64,000 nt of DNA, taken from NCBI GenBank assembly GCA_000165425.1, contig CT868096.1, forward strand, positions 186,001 to 250,000, written 5' to 3'. The DNA comes from Paramecium tetraurelia. Taxonomy: Eukaryota. Positions 26,401-40,376 of this stretch are shown here, piece by piece. The position numbers were made by a program, and so were the translations under genes. Within the stretch, counting starts at the first letter, position 1; each line of letters begins with the position of its first letter. The notes under the pieces were generated by a model. The model saw nothing but the letters and a program-made list of their open reading frames with translations. It was not told where the DNA came from and searched no databases.

Positions 26401-29400
26401 AATTATTTTTGATCCAACTGCATTTTTGTTTATTGGAATCCAAATAGCACTATTCTTTTTTTTAATATAGATCACACCGACCCAAATCCATACAACTATG
26501 TGTGGTATGGAAGTTTAAAGTGCAATCTGATGATAACTATTAACACTCAGTATGAGTAGTTAAAGTCTCTTCTATAAGTGAACAAGAGAGATCTATACAT
26601 TTGCCTAATGAAGAGCTCCAATAACATTGCTCTTTTTTAAAATTTATTTTGCAATTCTCTATGATTTTATAATCTGAACAATTCGGGGCTAGAAATTAAC
26701 AACCAGATGTAAAATTCTTGCTTTAACAATAACCATAAAAATCACTACAAGTTTAATCTTAATATGTAGTAGTGTCTGAACAATGTTTGATTAGAACACA
26801 TTTATTTGAAGGTTCGTCTAGAATACATTATTTTTGGCTACTTTAGCAACCTGAATATGAAATATCAGTCATTAATGGACAATATGACTCTAACGTCTCA
26901 CAACTTGAGGTGATACTATTAAAAAAACAATTAAATTGTCTATTTTAACAAATAGTTTCAGTTAAATTTGCCTCAAAATGATTACAAGGGACGGCAGAGC
27001 AGCTTGATACAGTCCCCACAGTAGCCCATTAGCATTTTTCAGTAACGGAATGTTAATTACATTATGCTTGGTCCGTAATTAAAGAGCATGTGCGTAATTT
27101 TATGTCGCAGGTGTGATAATAATTTCCCAAATCATCAGATGTGGTAATTGATGTACAAATTAGAGAATGAGCAACGCATACGGAGTTCTAACTATTTAGG
27201 GCAGTACAGGGTTTTTTTATACAAGTAGCAGGATTAGTAGAAATATCCCATTAACAAACATATATCTTTTAATTATGTTTACATTCATCGAGAGTAATAT
27301 AATCGGAACAATTATCTTCACTAAAACAAGCTTATCCTAATTTAAGTGTGCAATTAGGATTCCATGCTTAACATTCTTCATGAGATGTAAAGTCAATTTT
27401 TCTTGGAGCATCTCTGCATAAAGTAGAAGCTGCATTATCACTTTAGCATAAATTAGGCGGTTTGAAAATACAAGAGTGCAACCAATTTTTGCAAAATACA
27501 TTCGAAGTAGCATTGCTGGCATTTTCACATGTACGATTTTAACATTATTTGGTTGTAATATCCCAATAACATAATCCTTACTCTGAACCAATTAAACATT
27601 AAACTTTGTCACTTAGACCCTAACAATTTTAGTGTTATTGAATGCATCCTCCATTCTCCTTAGGGATGCACTTAATATCATGATATTAAACCCATTGTTG
27701 GCATTATGCTATTGTTTGAAAAGTTGAAGGAGCATTATTGCAATTTCGAAATTCACACTAATTCCCTTGAGAATTCCAAAAACAAGGTATTCCTTATATT
27801 GTATTTACACATTATATTTGATATTTAAAATACGTGCAATCGAAATCTTTGGTTATACATCCATTTCGATATGGAACTCCATTTATTTTCCCCGCATTTA
27901 TTGTACATCTAACATTCCAGTTTTCGCATTCTTCATGAGTTCCAAAATAAACAGAAGCAGATTCACATATCTTATGGATACACCCAGGTAACTAGATACA
28001 TTTATTAAAAGAATAATCAAAGTTGCATTGTATTTCCTCTAAATGAGAACATTCCTTATTAATACATGTTTTATTGTAAACACTAAACGTGCAAATTGAT
28101 AACCTATTCTCACAATCTAATATTGACTAATAAAATGGAAATTATAAATTCTGGCAAATTTCTTCTAAACATTATCCATTCTCGATCATGCATTTTCTAT
28201 TCAATTTATCCTTTACACAACTCTTAAGATTTAAGATCTTTGAACAATCATCAACATTCTCAATACAACCATTCCCTAACCCTCCTATACATGCATAATC
28301 ATCTAGCCAACCTATGCAATCCGTATGACTGTATAACAGAGGGGCATCAGAACATTATTTAATTTTACAAACATTTTATTTATCTTACCAAAAACAATAT
28401 TTCCCTTAGAGTTGCTTAACAGAACTACACGAGTCTTCTGTTTCTAATTCATCACATTACTAAGGAGTTTCTTAACATCCTCCCCTCACTTTAGGAACAC
28501 AAACGATATCACTATTTTGAAATACCGAACATTCAATCATGGTATTGATAAAACTTGGAGCACTCTGGCAATTCTTTTTTAAGCATTATCCCTTATAAAA
28601 TATACATTTTTTCCCTTTTGAATCCTCAACACATGAATAGGAATTATCATATTATTCGCATTCTAATTTCTTAATACATCTATATCCATTTGTTGTGCAA
28701 TCAGGATCAATCTTTTAGCATTCCTCAAAATTTGAAGATTATCGGTTTATACAAATATTCTCTAAGCATTTTTACAAATTGCCATCCCAAAAGCATTCAG
28801 CTTAATATAAATTAAAATAACATTGTTCTTTGTTTGTATATTAATTGCATAATTATTTAGAAATCTCACACCCCCCATTTAATGAAATTGTACATTTCTC
28901 CATCTATTTTCTACAATCCCTGTCCAATTTTAAGTGAACAGGAAGTTCATTACATTCCTATACATCTTCACAAAAATACTAACCATCTCTCCTCACCCAT
29001 TTACAATATTTCTCCATTGAATTAAGTTTTTAACAAGCTATCTATGTTAAATAATCAGAACATAATCCCTTTTACATACATTTATTGCCATCAGAAATAC
29101 ATTACAATGAAGCTTGATCACATCTTTCTTACATAAAATTCTCACACCTCACAAATTCTATACATTTTCCCAAATAGAATGCACATCTTTTCTCTTGTAT
29201 ACAATCATCCTCTGCAAATTGAGCACAGTGAGAAGTGATTAGATTCTGATTTAAAAAATCAGAGGCTTATAAACATCTTTCTTCACTTTAATTCCAAAAG
29301 CATTTCGTAGAATTCTCACAAGATTCCCTGTGAATTATGTGAACACATTCACATAAAAAGGAGATTGCTTGTAAAATTGTGACTTAAGCTAAACAGCATA

Positions 29401-29419
29401 ACAATATAGTGAGAGTCAT
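23495..29419 (-). CDS. Large Cys-rich cell-surface multipass membrane protein (signal peptide, surface-antigen-type repeats, three Myxococcus-type CGDG/CDDGN repeats, multi-TM C-terminus), about 1974 aa
   Basis: MTLTILLCCLAQVTILQAISFLCEC start; periodic C-x-W motifs; ICGDGVVGNEEFCDDGNILPYDGC and two similar repeats; hydrophobic helices about 24800-23680. Same frame at all points checked; length is a multiple of 3. Confidence 0.88.
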
Positions 29420-29740
29420 TTTTATTATAAAGATTTGATTTTATTTAAGGTTTAAACTTATATTTCTTCTAAAAATTTAATACTATATATAATGATAAAC
29501 ACTAAACTATGAATTCCATAGACATATTTATAACCAAATAGGGCCCAATGACCTACTAGGGTTAAACTTAAAAATGAAATAAATAGCCAATGTTTATAGA
29601 GAAAGGGTTCGAATTTTTAAACGTTTAAATTATGAATATTCATTTTGTTAAGTTAAATTGAAAGAAAATATTTATTTTAAATTTTAGGTTTTAAAATAAA
29701 TTAATTAAATTTTATAATAATAATATTATATTTAATTACA

Positions 29741-31380
29741 TCATTTAAACATCAGAACTACTTTAAATTTAAAAGATAGAGGTCATTAAAAGACATAGTA
29801 TGTCTATCACCTCCAAAGAGAACCATTTAATCATCGATTATTGCAACTGCATGTCCATCACGAGCACATGGTTTTTTCCCATATATCGTATTTTAGCCAT
29901 TACTTAAAGGAAGAAGAAATCTACATATTAAACATTAAATAGTACTTTGATACAATCTATTATCCAAATTCAGTTAATGCACCTTTTGTTAATTTTAGAT
30001 CCTGTTTTGGATTTCCTATTAGAATTATTGAAGTTTTTAATTTTTCAGTGACATTGCAATCATCTTAAAACACTGCTCTTTTATTCATTTCAACTTCAAA
30101 GAGTTTTAACATAGCTGCTTTCTTCTTAAGTTTCTATAATTGTATTCTTTCCTAAACATAATTAATAGTTGTATTAATAGATGAACTATTGTTCTAATAA
30201 TCACAGCTCTGTTAGCCATTCTAATTATTATAAAAACAAGAATGCTAAGATTAAGAAGAGGATCTGACTTTCTTCGGTGATGTACAGGGAGATCTCCTTA
30301 GACTTAAAGGTCTTAAAAGGGATGGCAACTTGATGGATCTCCTTTTATTGTGGGTGTTTCGATTGGATTTGGTGGGTGAGGGAACTTCTAAATCTTTTCT
30401 TCTAGAAGTATCTTTATTAATCATTTTCCATTCTAATAGATTTATTTGAAATTTATATAAATCATCCAATTCCCATGTTACGTCATGAATGCCTCCAAAA
30501 AGTATCAATTCATCTTAATAACCTTTTAGTGAATGTCCAGATCGACTCATTGGAATATCAAACAAATTGTTAACAGGAATGAAATGCCACTCCTATTTTG
30601 AGAAATCAAATTGCCACAAATCATTGTAACGCAAATCTCCATTCTTACCTCCAAACATATAGAGAATCTAATTATGAATGGCTATGGAACTGCCATCTCT
30701 TGGAGAAGGTTGTTTTCCCTTAGATTTATTTAATTTAACCCACTTGTTTAGTGTGAAACTAAACGAATATAAATCATTGGAATGTTTAAATGTATCTGCA
30801 GTGTAAAAGCCTCCAAATATAATTAACTGATCATTATAAATAGTTGCACAATAGTTATCTAATGGTTAGGGGTAAGAATCATTTATGCTCAATTTCGTCC
30901 ACAATCCTAGATTGACGTCATGAACAAATATTTCATTTGTAGTAATAGAATCACCTGTTTGTCCACCAAATAAGTAGAGACTATCCTTGAAAGCACAAAA
31001 TGTATGGCGACAACGAGGACCTGGCTCATAATCACATTTGATGTTCTGCCAATAAAAGTATTCTGCTCCCAAATTCAATTTATAAAAGTCCTTCAAAATT
31101 CCATCAACACTCTAATACCCTCCGTATAAGTACAGGCTAAGTAAGTAAAAAACAATTACTGGTTTTGATGAATCGTAATTGCACAGTTCGAACGAGGAGT
31201 AAGGTTCTTCCCTTTTATTTTGCATTCCTGCCATTTAGGGTCTAGTTAGCCTTATATAGCTTTTGTCACCAATGGGAGATATTTGTATTGAGTTTCTTAA
31301 GTTTGTGAGTCAGTGGGACTTACTGAGCCGAGAATAAAAGTGTCCTCTTTCTTTTATTATTATGATCTGTTTGAATACAT
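29741..31380 (-). CDS. Kelch-repeat protein
   Basis: Repeated LYLYGG, PGPRCRHTF..LYLFGG, LIIFGG, PSPRDGSS..LYMFGG, PMSRSGHS..LILFGG, PCARDGHA..LFGGDRH. Confidence 0.9.
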
Positions 31381-31571
31381 GGCCTTTTGTTTGAACAATA
31401 TTTTGCTAAAATTAAATTTATTGATTAGATGTTTTGGATTGGATTCCAAATAATTGCACAGTTTATAAATTCAATACGATTAAACACTAAAGATGATTAA
31501 AATGTATAATAAAATAATACATTTGATAATAAATAAAGAAGAAAAATAAATTGTTATATTAAATTTATTTT

Positions 31572-32442
31572 ATGATATCTCTTTATTATATTCTAAACTT
31601 TCTCTTAATTAGCATATATCCAATTTCTAGGATTTTTAGACTGTTCAATTTCTTTATTTTGGATGTGCCAGATGAATTAGGTACCACCAGAGAAAACTCA
31701 ATATTTTATACAATCATGGCATTTGCTGTGATCAAATACTTACGAAGTTATTCTACTATACAATATTTGAGCTCACTGTTTTTTACAATCAAAATTGCTT
31801 TAATAACTAGTTATTTGTTTGTGGATGCTAAAATTAGTTTATTATATGGAGGGGCTTGTTTGGCCATATTTGTTTTATGTAGTGAGCCTAAATTTGATGG
31901 CAAAACAAAAATTTAAGACATCGAAGAGATCAAGGAGTTTGAAGAACTGGTTGGAGTCAAATTTAGAGATAATGAAGATGGAGATATTATTGAAGAATTG
32001 AATGAGAGATTTACTAAGAAATAAAGGGGCAAAGAAAAAAATAAGAAAATATAAAATTACAAAATGACTGAAATGGTATTCGCTGAGTTTTATGTCGATT
32101 GGGCAGATACTTGTAACTATGTATTACTTTATTTCTATTCATTTCAAGACTAAGGAAATTTGGGCTAATTTTTCATGTAAATATACAACAAATGGATTGA
32201 AATTCATTTCAATTAACCTAGCTAAAATACCAAGATTGGCTGAATGCTATAGGATCAATACAAGTGCTATGTCTAGGTAACTGCCTACTGTGATTCTGTT
32301 TGAAGATGGAGAGGAGGCATAGAGATTTCCTCCCATCGATGAAAAAACAAATAAAATTCCAAAAGTATTAAAATATGGAAAGAAAGAACTGCAAAGTTAC
32401 TTTGATCTAGAAAAAAGATATCTGGCAACAAGAGATCTATGA
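31572..32442 (+). CDS. TMX2: Thioredoxin-related transmembrane protein 2-like
   Basis: TM-rich N-terminus, EPKFDG, AEFYVDWADTC (single-Cys site), FSCKYTTNGLKF, RINTSAMSRQLPTVILFEDGEEAQRFP. Confidence 0.85.
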
Positions 32443-32550
32443 GTTTATTTATATTTGGTACATTAACACTTTCATTTTATATTATTGTATATAAATATTA
32501 TATGATATTTGCTGATAATATTATAGAATAATTAGAATAAGTAAATAAAA

Positions 32551-33909
32551 TCATTGCTTTTATTATTAAATAAGTCTAACTATTTCAAGCTATAAATTTT
32601 TATCTTCAGCTTTTAAAACCAAAATATTTCTTACTTATTTTTGTAATTGATTCAAATTGTCCTTTATGTAGCCTAATATTTATAAGATCTCATTTACCTT
32701 TTCTTAAAAGTTGATGTATTCCTTCTAAAGTAGAGTGTAAACTAAGATCATTTCTATTCAATTGAGAATAATATTTAAACAATATTCCTTTTTTGACTAA
32801 ATATTTAATTTCATAGTCCAAATCAAATTCTATAACCCTACTAAATATTTATGCAAAATTGGCAATTGCCTTCTAATCGTAAAAGGCAAAAAGATTATTT
32901 ATGATTTATTGATTTTTGATAACTTCCTTAATTAGATCAGAATTTAGAAGTATTAATTCATAAAGACTTTTTGAATATAACTCTGTTAAATTGTAATTGT
33001 GTTTGTCAACATTTATGTTAAAAAATAACAAAATACTATTTGAAGTAAACTCTTTTGATTATTATGAATGCTACTTCAAAAAAGAAATCAAATAAAGAAT
33101 ATAGTATTATTTTTATTCACCATTTGTAGATGTAATTTTGAAAATTTTTCTTAAATTACTTATAATTTAGCCTTCTAAAAGAATAATTGATACATCCTAC
33201 TATGCTGGTGATTTATTTACAAAATATACTAGTTTCTTTAAATAAAATAGAGGTTCACTAAGATCAGATTAAAGAATATATTTGCAAATTAGTTACAAAT
33301 GCTAATCCATATAACTCAATTTAATACTTCTTTTCTTTTAGAATGTCTACCTATTTCAATTATTAGATCAAAATAGTCATGAGAATCGATCTTGATTCTT
33401 TTAGACAAATTAATTAAAGTAGGCAAAGCATCTATATCATTCAAATAACTTTTAGGTACTAATCCTAAGAGTGAAAATGACTTTTAACAAACTTCCATGT
33501 TTTAATCTCGTAACCTATCAAGTAAATAGGGGACACCCAAATTTTGGACCACTGTCTTTGCAAAACTGTCATAATTTTTAAAAGCCATTAAGATAAATAA
33601 ATCTACATGAGGTTATCAAGAAACTGTACCCAAAATTAGCATGGTGGTTAATGTAGATAAGTTTTGGTGAAGAGCGTATAGAAGCAAAGGAATTTATTAT
33701 TTGAGCAAATTTTAATCGTTTTATGATATTGAGGAGGACTTCCATAAATTAATTGCATTGTTTAATTAATGTTAGAGTAGTGCTAAATCCTCAAATGCAA
33801 AGTTTAGATTTTTTAACTCCTACTCTTTAATGGAATTGTTTTAAATGCTCTTTTATAATTGGTCATTCATCTGAGTCCACACTTCTGTGGAAGGGTATGT
33901 TTTATTCAT
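32551..33909 (-). CDS. Hypothetical alpha-helical (possibly ARM/HEAT-like) protein
   Basis: Long Leu-rich code-6 ORF MNKTYPSTEVWTQM..LGVPYLLDRLRDQNMEVCQKSFSLL, with a 27-nt intron. Confidence 0.55.
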
Positions 33910-34083
33910 TTTAATGAAAAAAATACATCATTTTATTTACGATTAAATGGGAATATCAAAAAAGAATGGAAATTTATTTAAATTTTATCAAATTGCAAAT
34001 TCAATTAAACACAATATTAGTATTTATAGACTTTATTCCATTTTCTTAAATTCTTGATTATTATAATAAAATAATAAAAAAAA

Positions 34084-35597
34084 ATGCAGCCACCTAGTTC
34101 AGAAGAGGACATATTGAATTTTATGGCCGTTACCGGGTGTTAGGATTATTAGAAAGCATAGTCTTACATTTAAATGGCTGAAAATAAGCTTGATGTATTG
34201 AGAAACTTTATTTAGAATGCAATTCAACTCTATATGGATTTTGAGGGAGGTCAAGGTCAAAGTGCCTAATAGAAGACATAATAAGATTAATAATAACAGA
34301 GGTCAACCATTTAAGAAACTCCAAAGGGTATAATCTATTGCTTATAGATAAAGGAAATGTTTAAAGATCTAATTAAGGTAATTCCAGATAACCTCAAGAT
34401 GTCGCATTGATTGAAAAATATCGGAAATATTAAGAGGAAAAGAGAGCAAAAGATGAGGGCATAATGAAAAAAACTCTTCAAATGGGTGCGAATTTATTCT
34501 CTTATTTTTGTAAGGATCATGATTTTACTTAGTTAATAATCCACCTAATTATGGTAATGAATTCTTGCAATATCTCAAACAACACTAGATTCAAACAGAG
34601 ATAGCATTTCAATCTGGAAACTTTAAGGACAAGATGTAGAAAGCGAATGAAGAAACTAGGCCATTATTAGTTTATTTACATAATCATTAAAGTTTATTGA
34701 TATTGTAGAAAATGTCTAGTTGCAAGCCCCTTACCACAATTCTAAATAGGAATTACAATATAGTTGGATTCTTGAATAGTCCATAAGCTTATGAGCAAAT
34801 GCCAAATAAACCAGATCCTCCTGCAATTTTAATTTATAAATTAGATATAGTCGATGAAGTTGTGTTAATGGAGCAATTCTCTTTATCGATAGATACCAAT
34901 TTTGAAGAAGTAGCATAAAAAATTAAGACATTAAGGGCTGCTTTCAATAAGGAATATATTTATATAGAAAATATCAAAAAGGAAGTCAATTCTCCTAATT
35001 AACCCAACCTAAATCATAGTCAATATTATTAACAAAGTTTCCACTAAGTTTAGCAGTAATAGCAATCTCAAGTTTAAAGACAGAAGGAAGATTAAAGAGA
35101 AAGAGATTTGTTAATTTAATAATAAAAAGAAGCTTATCGTTTTGCTGAGCAATAAGCTATAGAGAAAAAAAGAAAGGATGAAGAATTAAGATTGTAAGAA
35201 TAAGCCAAGTAACTTGAACAATAGTAAAAAGAAGTATACAAAATTCTCTATTTGTTTAGGAGTAAAGATTATTGAAAAAAGCTTAATTATTATCGAATCT
35301 ACCTGAAGAACCTTAGAATTCAGAAGGTATTTCCATTCTGTTCCGATTTATAAATGCAACGAGAACAAGAAGGTTTCACTTTAATGATAAAATCTAAGTA
35401 TATGGGATTTATATAGATAGGTGTTATTTGATTTTGTTGAAAGTCAAGAGGACGATTGTTTTAATGATCCACATTCCAAAATTGATTTAATCTAAAATTA
35501 CCCAAGACTATCCTTAAAGGACAAGACTGAATCCATCATAAGCGAAGTGTTTGTTGATTCTGAAATGGAATAATTAATTGTAGATGAACAAGAGTGA
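34084..35597 (+). CDS. UBA-UAS-UBX domain p97/Cdc48 adaptor (FAF1/UBXD8-like)
   Basis: N-terminal ILNFMAVTGCQDYQKAQSYI (UBA-like), RPLLVYLHN (UAS), coiled coil, LPEEP..ILFRF..RTRRF..LFDFV..NYPR (UBX). Confidence 0.88.
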
Positions 35598-35628
35598 TTA
35601 TTAAATTATCATTTATTAATTATACTTA

Positions 35629-36315
35629 ATGAGCGAATCGTTAAATTTTAACCTTAAGTTATATAGAGAAAGATTGGCAGATAAATACTCGAAATCTCCT
35701 GTAGAAACAAGATTTGATTCCTCCATTAATGGTATGGAAAGTCAAAGGAAAACTCCAATAAAAAAGGATAAAACCAAGTATTTATAATTTGAATAACAGT
35801 ACTCCTTCATTGAATAATTTAGTAAATAAATTGCAGGAATACAGTAACAAAAAAGGAAAATAAAACGATTCTTTTTTATTTAAATCAGGTAAAAGCAATC
35901 AAAATTCTTCTCCAAGTAAAATCAATGGATTACATTAAAAGTAAATATCATATAAGTTAAACCTAGAATATAATCAATATCCTCATTATCGCCTCCCCCT
36001 TAATAAAATAACTTATAATTTCCAGCCAAGGGTCATTAATATTCAATAACCTAATTTAGTGGAATAGTTTCACCTTAGAAATAAAGTTTTATAAGTCCAA
36101 CTCATTTTTCCTAAATTACTGATAGATATGAGCATTAAGAACCTACCACCGATATATCAAGTCTTATTCCTTTGCATGAAATAGTGAATATGCGTACAAA
36201 ATTAGAAAATGCAAACATCAATGTAGCCAATATTACATCAACCTACTTGACAGAATTTATTAAGTTAGCCAATACTATACATCAACAACTGAGAGTGAAT
36301 AAAAAACAAGGGTGA
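35629..36315 (+). CDS. Hypothetical protein
   Basis: MSESLNFNLKLYRERLADKYSKSP..YLTEFIKLANTIHQQLRVNKKQG*, with short introns. Confidence 0.6.
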
Positions 36316-36569
36316 AGTATTGAATTTTTTTAATAATTTCAATATATATCTATACCATCATCTTCTTTATCCTAAAGAATTAAATTAAATTCAAGTAGAA
36401 TTAGTAGTAATTTTGGTCATTTTAGAATTTTCTATAATGCTGAGTTTGGTGTGGTTTCTGTAATATGATTTGAAGTAGAGCTTAACTAAAAAGCGAAAAT
36501 AGATGTTTCTTGTCAAATATAAAGTTATCTCATTTATGTTTATATTATCTTTGAATAATACGTATTTTA

Positions 36570-37751
36570 ATGAATAAACAAAATCCCATGGATATTCTTC
36601 CGATTATCTGGCCATAAAAATTATCAGCAAGACAAGAAGAAGTATTTAGAGTTACACAAGAACTTATGCAATTAAAAGAAGATTAGTCAAATCTTGCTGA
36701 ATCCATTAATTTAACCATCAAATATTTAGCATAACATGCTCCATATATAGATGTGGTTGTTTCTTTTCAAAATTTAGTTGATGTCAAACATCCAATCCAA
36801 GATTTGCTTCATTATTTAAGCACATTCTCTGAAAATGCACTTACACAAGTAGTGAGAAAAGTCAATTTAAATGATCTAAATTCTGATTCTGATGAAACAG
36901 ATTTTACATACAGTGATCCATATGAAGAAATGAAAACACAATTTAATCTTAGGATGATGAAACGAGTAAGTTTTCCCAAATTATAAAAACTTATAAGTGA
37001 TATTTATAGGTTGGAAATGTTAACAAAAGTATATTCATGGGTGAACTAGATAACTTATGTTGATTATGTTAAGGTGAGTGTGTCAACTATCAAGAAAGCA
37101 TTACAAACGGAATACTTAGATGAACTAACAATAAACACTGTTATCCAATGTGCTAAAGGTTAATGTTAATGCGCAAATTAATATTAATAAGATACACCTA
37201 AATTCTAGAAATTGAAAAAAGCACTTCATAAAATAGCACTATTTCAAGATGTCGATCTCTAAGTTCTTCTCACTTTATAACAGAGCGATTAACAACCTAT
37301 TAAAGAATGTGTTTGGACTAGACAATAGGTGATCTAATGCATTTTATTGTTTTGTTTGGTTTAATGCGAACTTCACATTCATGATTTTTAATATTAACTT
37401 CTATTATTCAAGCCTTTTTGTTCTTTTGAAATTTCTTGGAATGAATCTGGATTTAGTCAGGTTAGGGATTATTTCCCCAAGTTGGCCAAGAAATTAAATA
37501 AAAGATATAAAATTTTGAAGGACATCCCCTTTTATGATGCTAAAACTAATAACTAAATTTTTATTTATACCTAATCTTTAGTTGGATATTATCATCATCA
37601 CATTAACTATGATAATTTTTATTTATAGGATGATCTAAAGTAAACCATTAAAGAAATCTTAGAAAATAAAAATTAAGAGAAAAATTTAGCTCTTTAAATA
37701 ATTGTTTCAAATGCAATCATGTTTGCCTAATTACTCAAAGCATTAAAATGA
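36570..37751 (+). CDS. Hypothetical protein
   Basis: Code-6 ORF MNKQNPMDILPIIWPQKL..AIMFAQLLKALK*; includes track ORF 36753-36986. Confidence 0.65.
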
Positions 37752-38137
37752 AGTTAATAATACATATATGATTTCAATTAGTATTATATTTAATCATTAT
37801 CAATTTGTGTAAAAACAAATCAATATTTTAACGAAAATCTTATAAAAAGTAATAAGAGTATTTTAATATATTAACCCCATTTTCAGAATAAAACTTTACA
37901 TGATTTTGGTAAAGAAATTGGATTCTTATTGAATAGATTTTCTTATTAAATAATTATAATGTTATTAAATGGAATCTCTAAAAGTAGCTTTGTTTTACTC
38001 AATTTAAAATAATAACTGAGGTTCATTCATAGATAATTTAAAAATATATAGTTTATAATTATGATTACAAAAATGTAAAACATTTATCATGCAAAATCTT
38101 CATATACATAAAAATATCAGTTTCAATTATGACCATT

Positions 38138-38605
38138 TCAAGTATTTAAATATTCCAATAATTGGTCTTCATCAAAAGTTGTTTGTGACCACTTGTTAAC
38201 TTTGTCCATTTAAGCTTCTGTATAAAATTTTTAGGATTAGTTTTGCGATGGTTATATGTTTATTTTTCTATGCGTAGTATATTTTTTCGAAACTTATATG
38301 GCTAGTTTTTTGCTGCTCATTAATGCATATTATTATTGAAGAGGTTCTTTTTCTATGGGATTGAACGATAGTCCAATAGCTCCTAGGCCTTCAAATTTAT
38401 TGAAAATCTAAGGTTGTGATGGCCTTTATGATAAGCAATTTTCTGGTTTTTAGGGTTTTTTCAATATGGATCTTTGTGAGGGTGAAGCATAAATAGGTGG
38501 TAAAGACTTAACAATAAGAGGTTTTTTCAAAACTTGAGACAAAGAAATAGGTTTGTATTTTCTTTATAACAGGATGTTTGGTTTATTCCTTTCAGATAAA
38601 ATCAT
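38138..38605 (-). CDS. Hypothetical basic, Pro-rich protein
   Basis: MILSERNKPNILLQRKYKPISLSQV..KWSQTTFDEDQLLEYLNT*; 468 nt in one frame. Confidence 0.6.
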
Positions 38606-38783
38606 TAAAAAATAAATAAATAATATTTAAAGCGATGCTTTCTAATTCTTATTCTTGGCATAAAGCTATTGATATGGATAGTAATCAAAACAACATTTAG
38701 ATAACGACTTTTTTTTTGGATTAATTCTAATTAATGTGATTTAAGAATATCACTTATTTATTTATAAACTTAAATTCTTAATT

Positions 38784-39737
38784 ATGCTTATAAAAGAAGT
38801 CTAAAAATTCTGTGAACAAAGGAAAATTGTATTGGATTTGAAAAAGATGGTGACAGAGTATTCATTGAAGTAAGGATTGATTAGAAATAAAAGTATTTTT
38901 ATATGATAAACTTAGATGATAGTCAACATTGGTTTGGCATCAAATTCAATAAATACGTCGAGATGAACGAAGAATTGAAAGCTAAAACAGAGAGACAAGA
39001 AAGCTTCTTATAAGAGTATTATCATCAATCTAATGTTCATTTAGAATTTAATTAATCATAGAAAGGGGATATCGACCAGACAAAGAGGCAAAAGATTTGA
39101 AACGCAGAAATAAGGGTTAAAACAAATCGGAAAAATAAACTAAAAATCTCACCTAATAAATTAAAGAAGCAGAACTTGAATTAATGGTACGTCTTAACTT
39201 ACCTAGTTATATTGGTTATAATTTAACAACTTTATTTCTCCAATACACAAAGACTTTGGAGAATTACCAAGCTATAATCCAAAAAAAATACAACCTTTTA
39301 GAGTGGGCATCCCTTATACTGAGAAAATCGAAATTAAAGGCAATACAATAAATTTAACTCCCTAAACGCCAATTGACAAGATAATAATTACAGAAAATTA
39401 TCAATTACATGACATCATTGATTTGGAATAGAAAGATAATTAAATATTGATAAATGATAAAGTGGTAGTCAGTGTGTGCTCAACTAATCAAATAGCTATG
39501 GACTAACAATTCATTCAACTTGAGTAAATTCGAAGATAATTGAAAAAAAACTCAAAATATGTGATCACTCCAAGTTTAGGACTGAAATATTATGAGGCTT
39601 CAAAAATTGAATTAATTGGTGAAGATGATGATGGGGAACTTAAACGAATTGCTAGTAGTTCGAATTTGATTGATCATGTATATACAAGATATCAAAATAG
39701 GAATTAATAATTCCTTATTGTGACTGAGTTAGAATGA
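38784..39737 (+). CDS. Hypothetical protein
   Basis: Code-6 reading with several short GT-AG introns, ending QFLIVTELE*. Confidence 0.5.
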
Positions 39738-39780
39738 TATTATATAAAAAGTTATTAATAATATAAGTAAATTAAGAAAA

Positions 39781-40204
39781 ATGATGATGGAAATGTATGT
39801 GTATTGGACAGCAAAATGCGAGTTCATTTTTGAAAGGTAAAATTTTTATCATTTCTTCAAAGCTGGAGAATTTATGATGATTAACCATTTTTGTTATTTT
39901 GTGGTTGCTTCTTATCTTGCCTATATTCAATTATTCATATCATGTATATGCTTTAAGGTGATAAAGTATAAATCTTTATGAAACAATTTATGTACAAGCA
40001 TTTAATTATCCTTTTAGGTCAAGAAGAATAGGATTTTCTATATATTAATTCTTTCTAACTCTGTCAAGTATGATTACAATGATGTTGTTAATGACGATGA
40101 ACGCCTGGGTCAATATAGCAGTCGGGGTTGGATACACGATAGGATATGGAATTACATAGGTTACTAAACCAAATTCAAAATACACTCAAGTTGATTCGAT
40201 ATGA
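39781..40204 (+). CDS. Ctr (SLC31) copper transporter, minimal form
   Basis: MMMEMYVYW..FIFES[intron]WRI; TM2 MITMMLLMTMN (MxxxM); TM3 AVGVGYTIGYG (GxxxG); two introns. Confidence 0.88.
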
Positions 40205-40376
40205 CCAAAATTGATATACAAGAGTTTAATTTATAATTATTAAGAATATCTAATATATAGACAATTCCATTCTTTAATTATACATATATGGTTTATATTT
40301 CTGCAGAACTTTAATTCCATCAATTTAAATGCTTTAATTGCATTTTTATTAATAATAAAATAAGAGCATTAGATAA

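Noticed and set aside
29540..29620. GGGTTCGAAT (tRNA T-loop/B-box-like) and nearby GGGCCCA / TAGGGTT
   Set aside because: No T-stem, acceptor stem or cloverleaf pairing. Single short motifs are not evidence for a tRNA or telomeric repeat.
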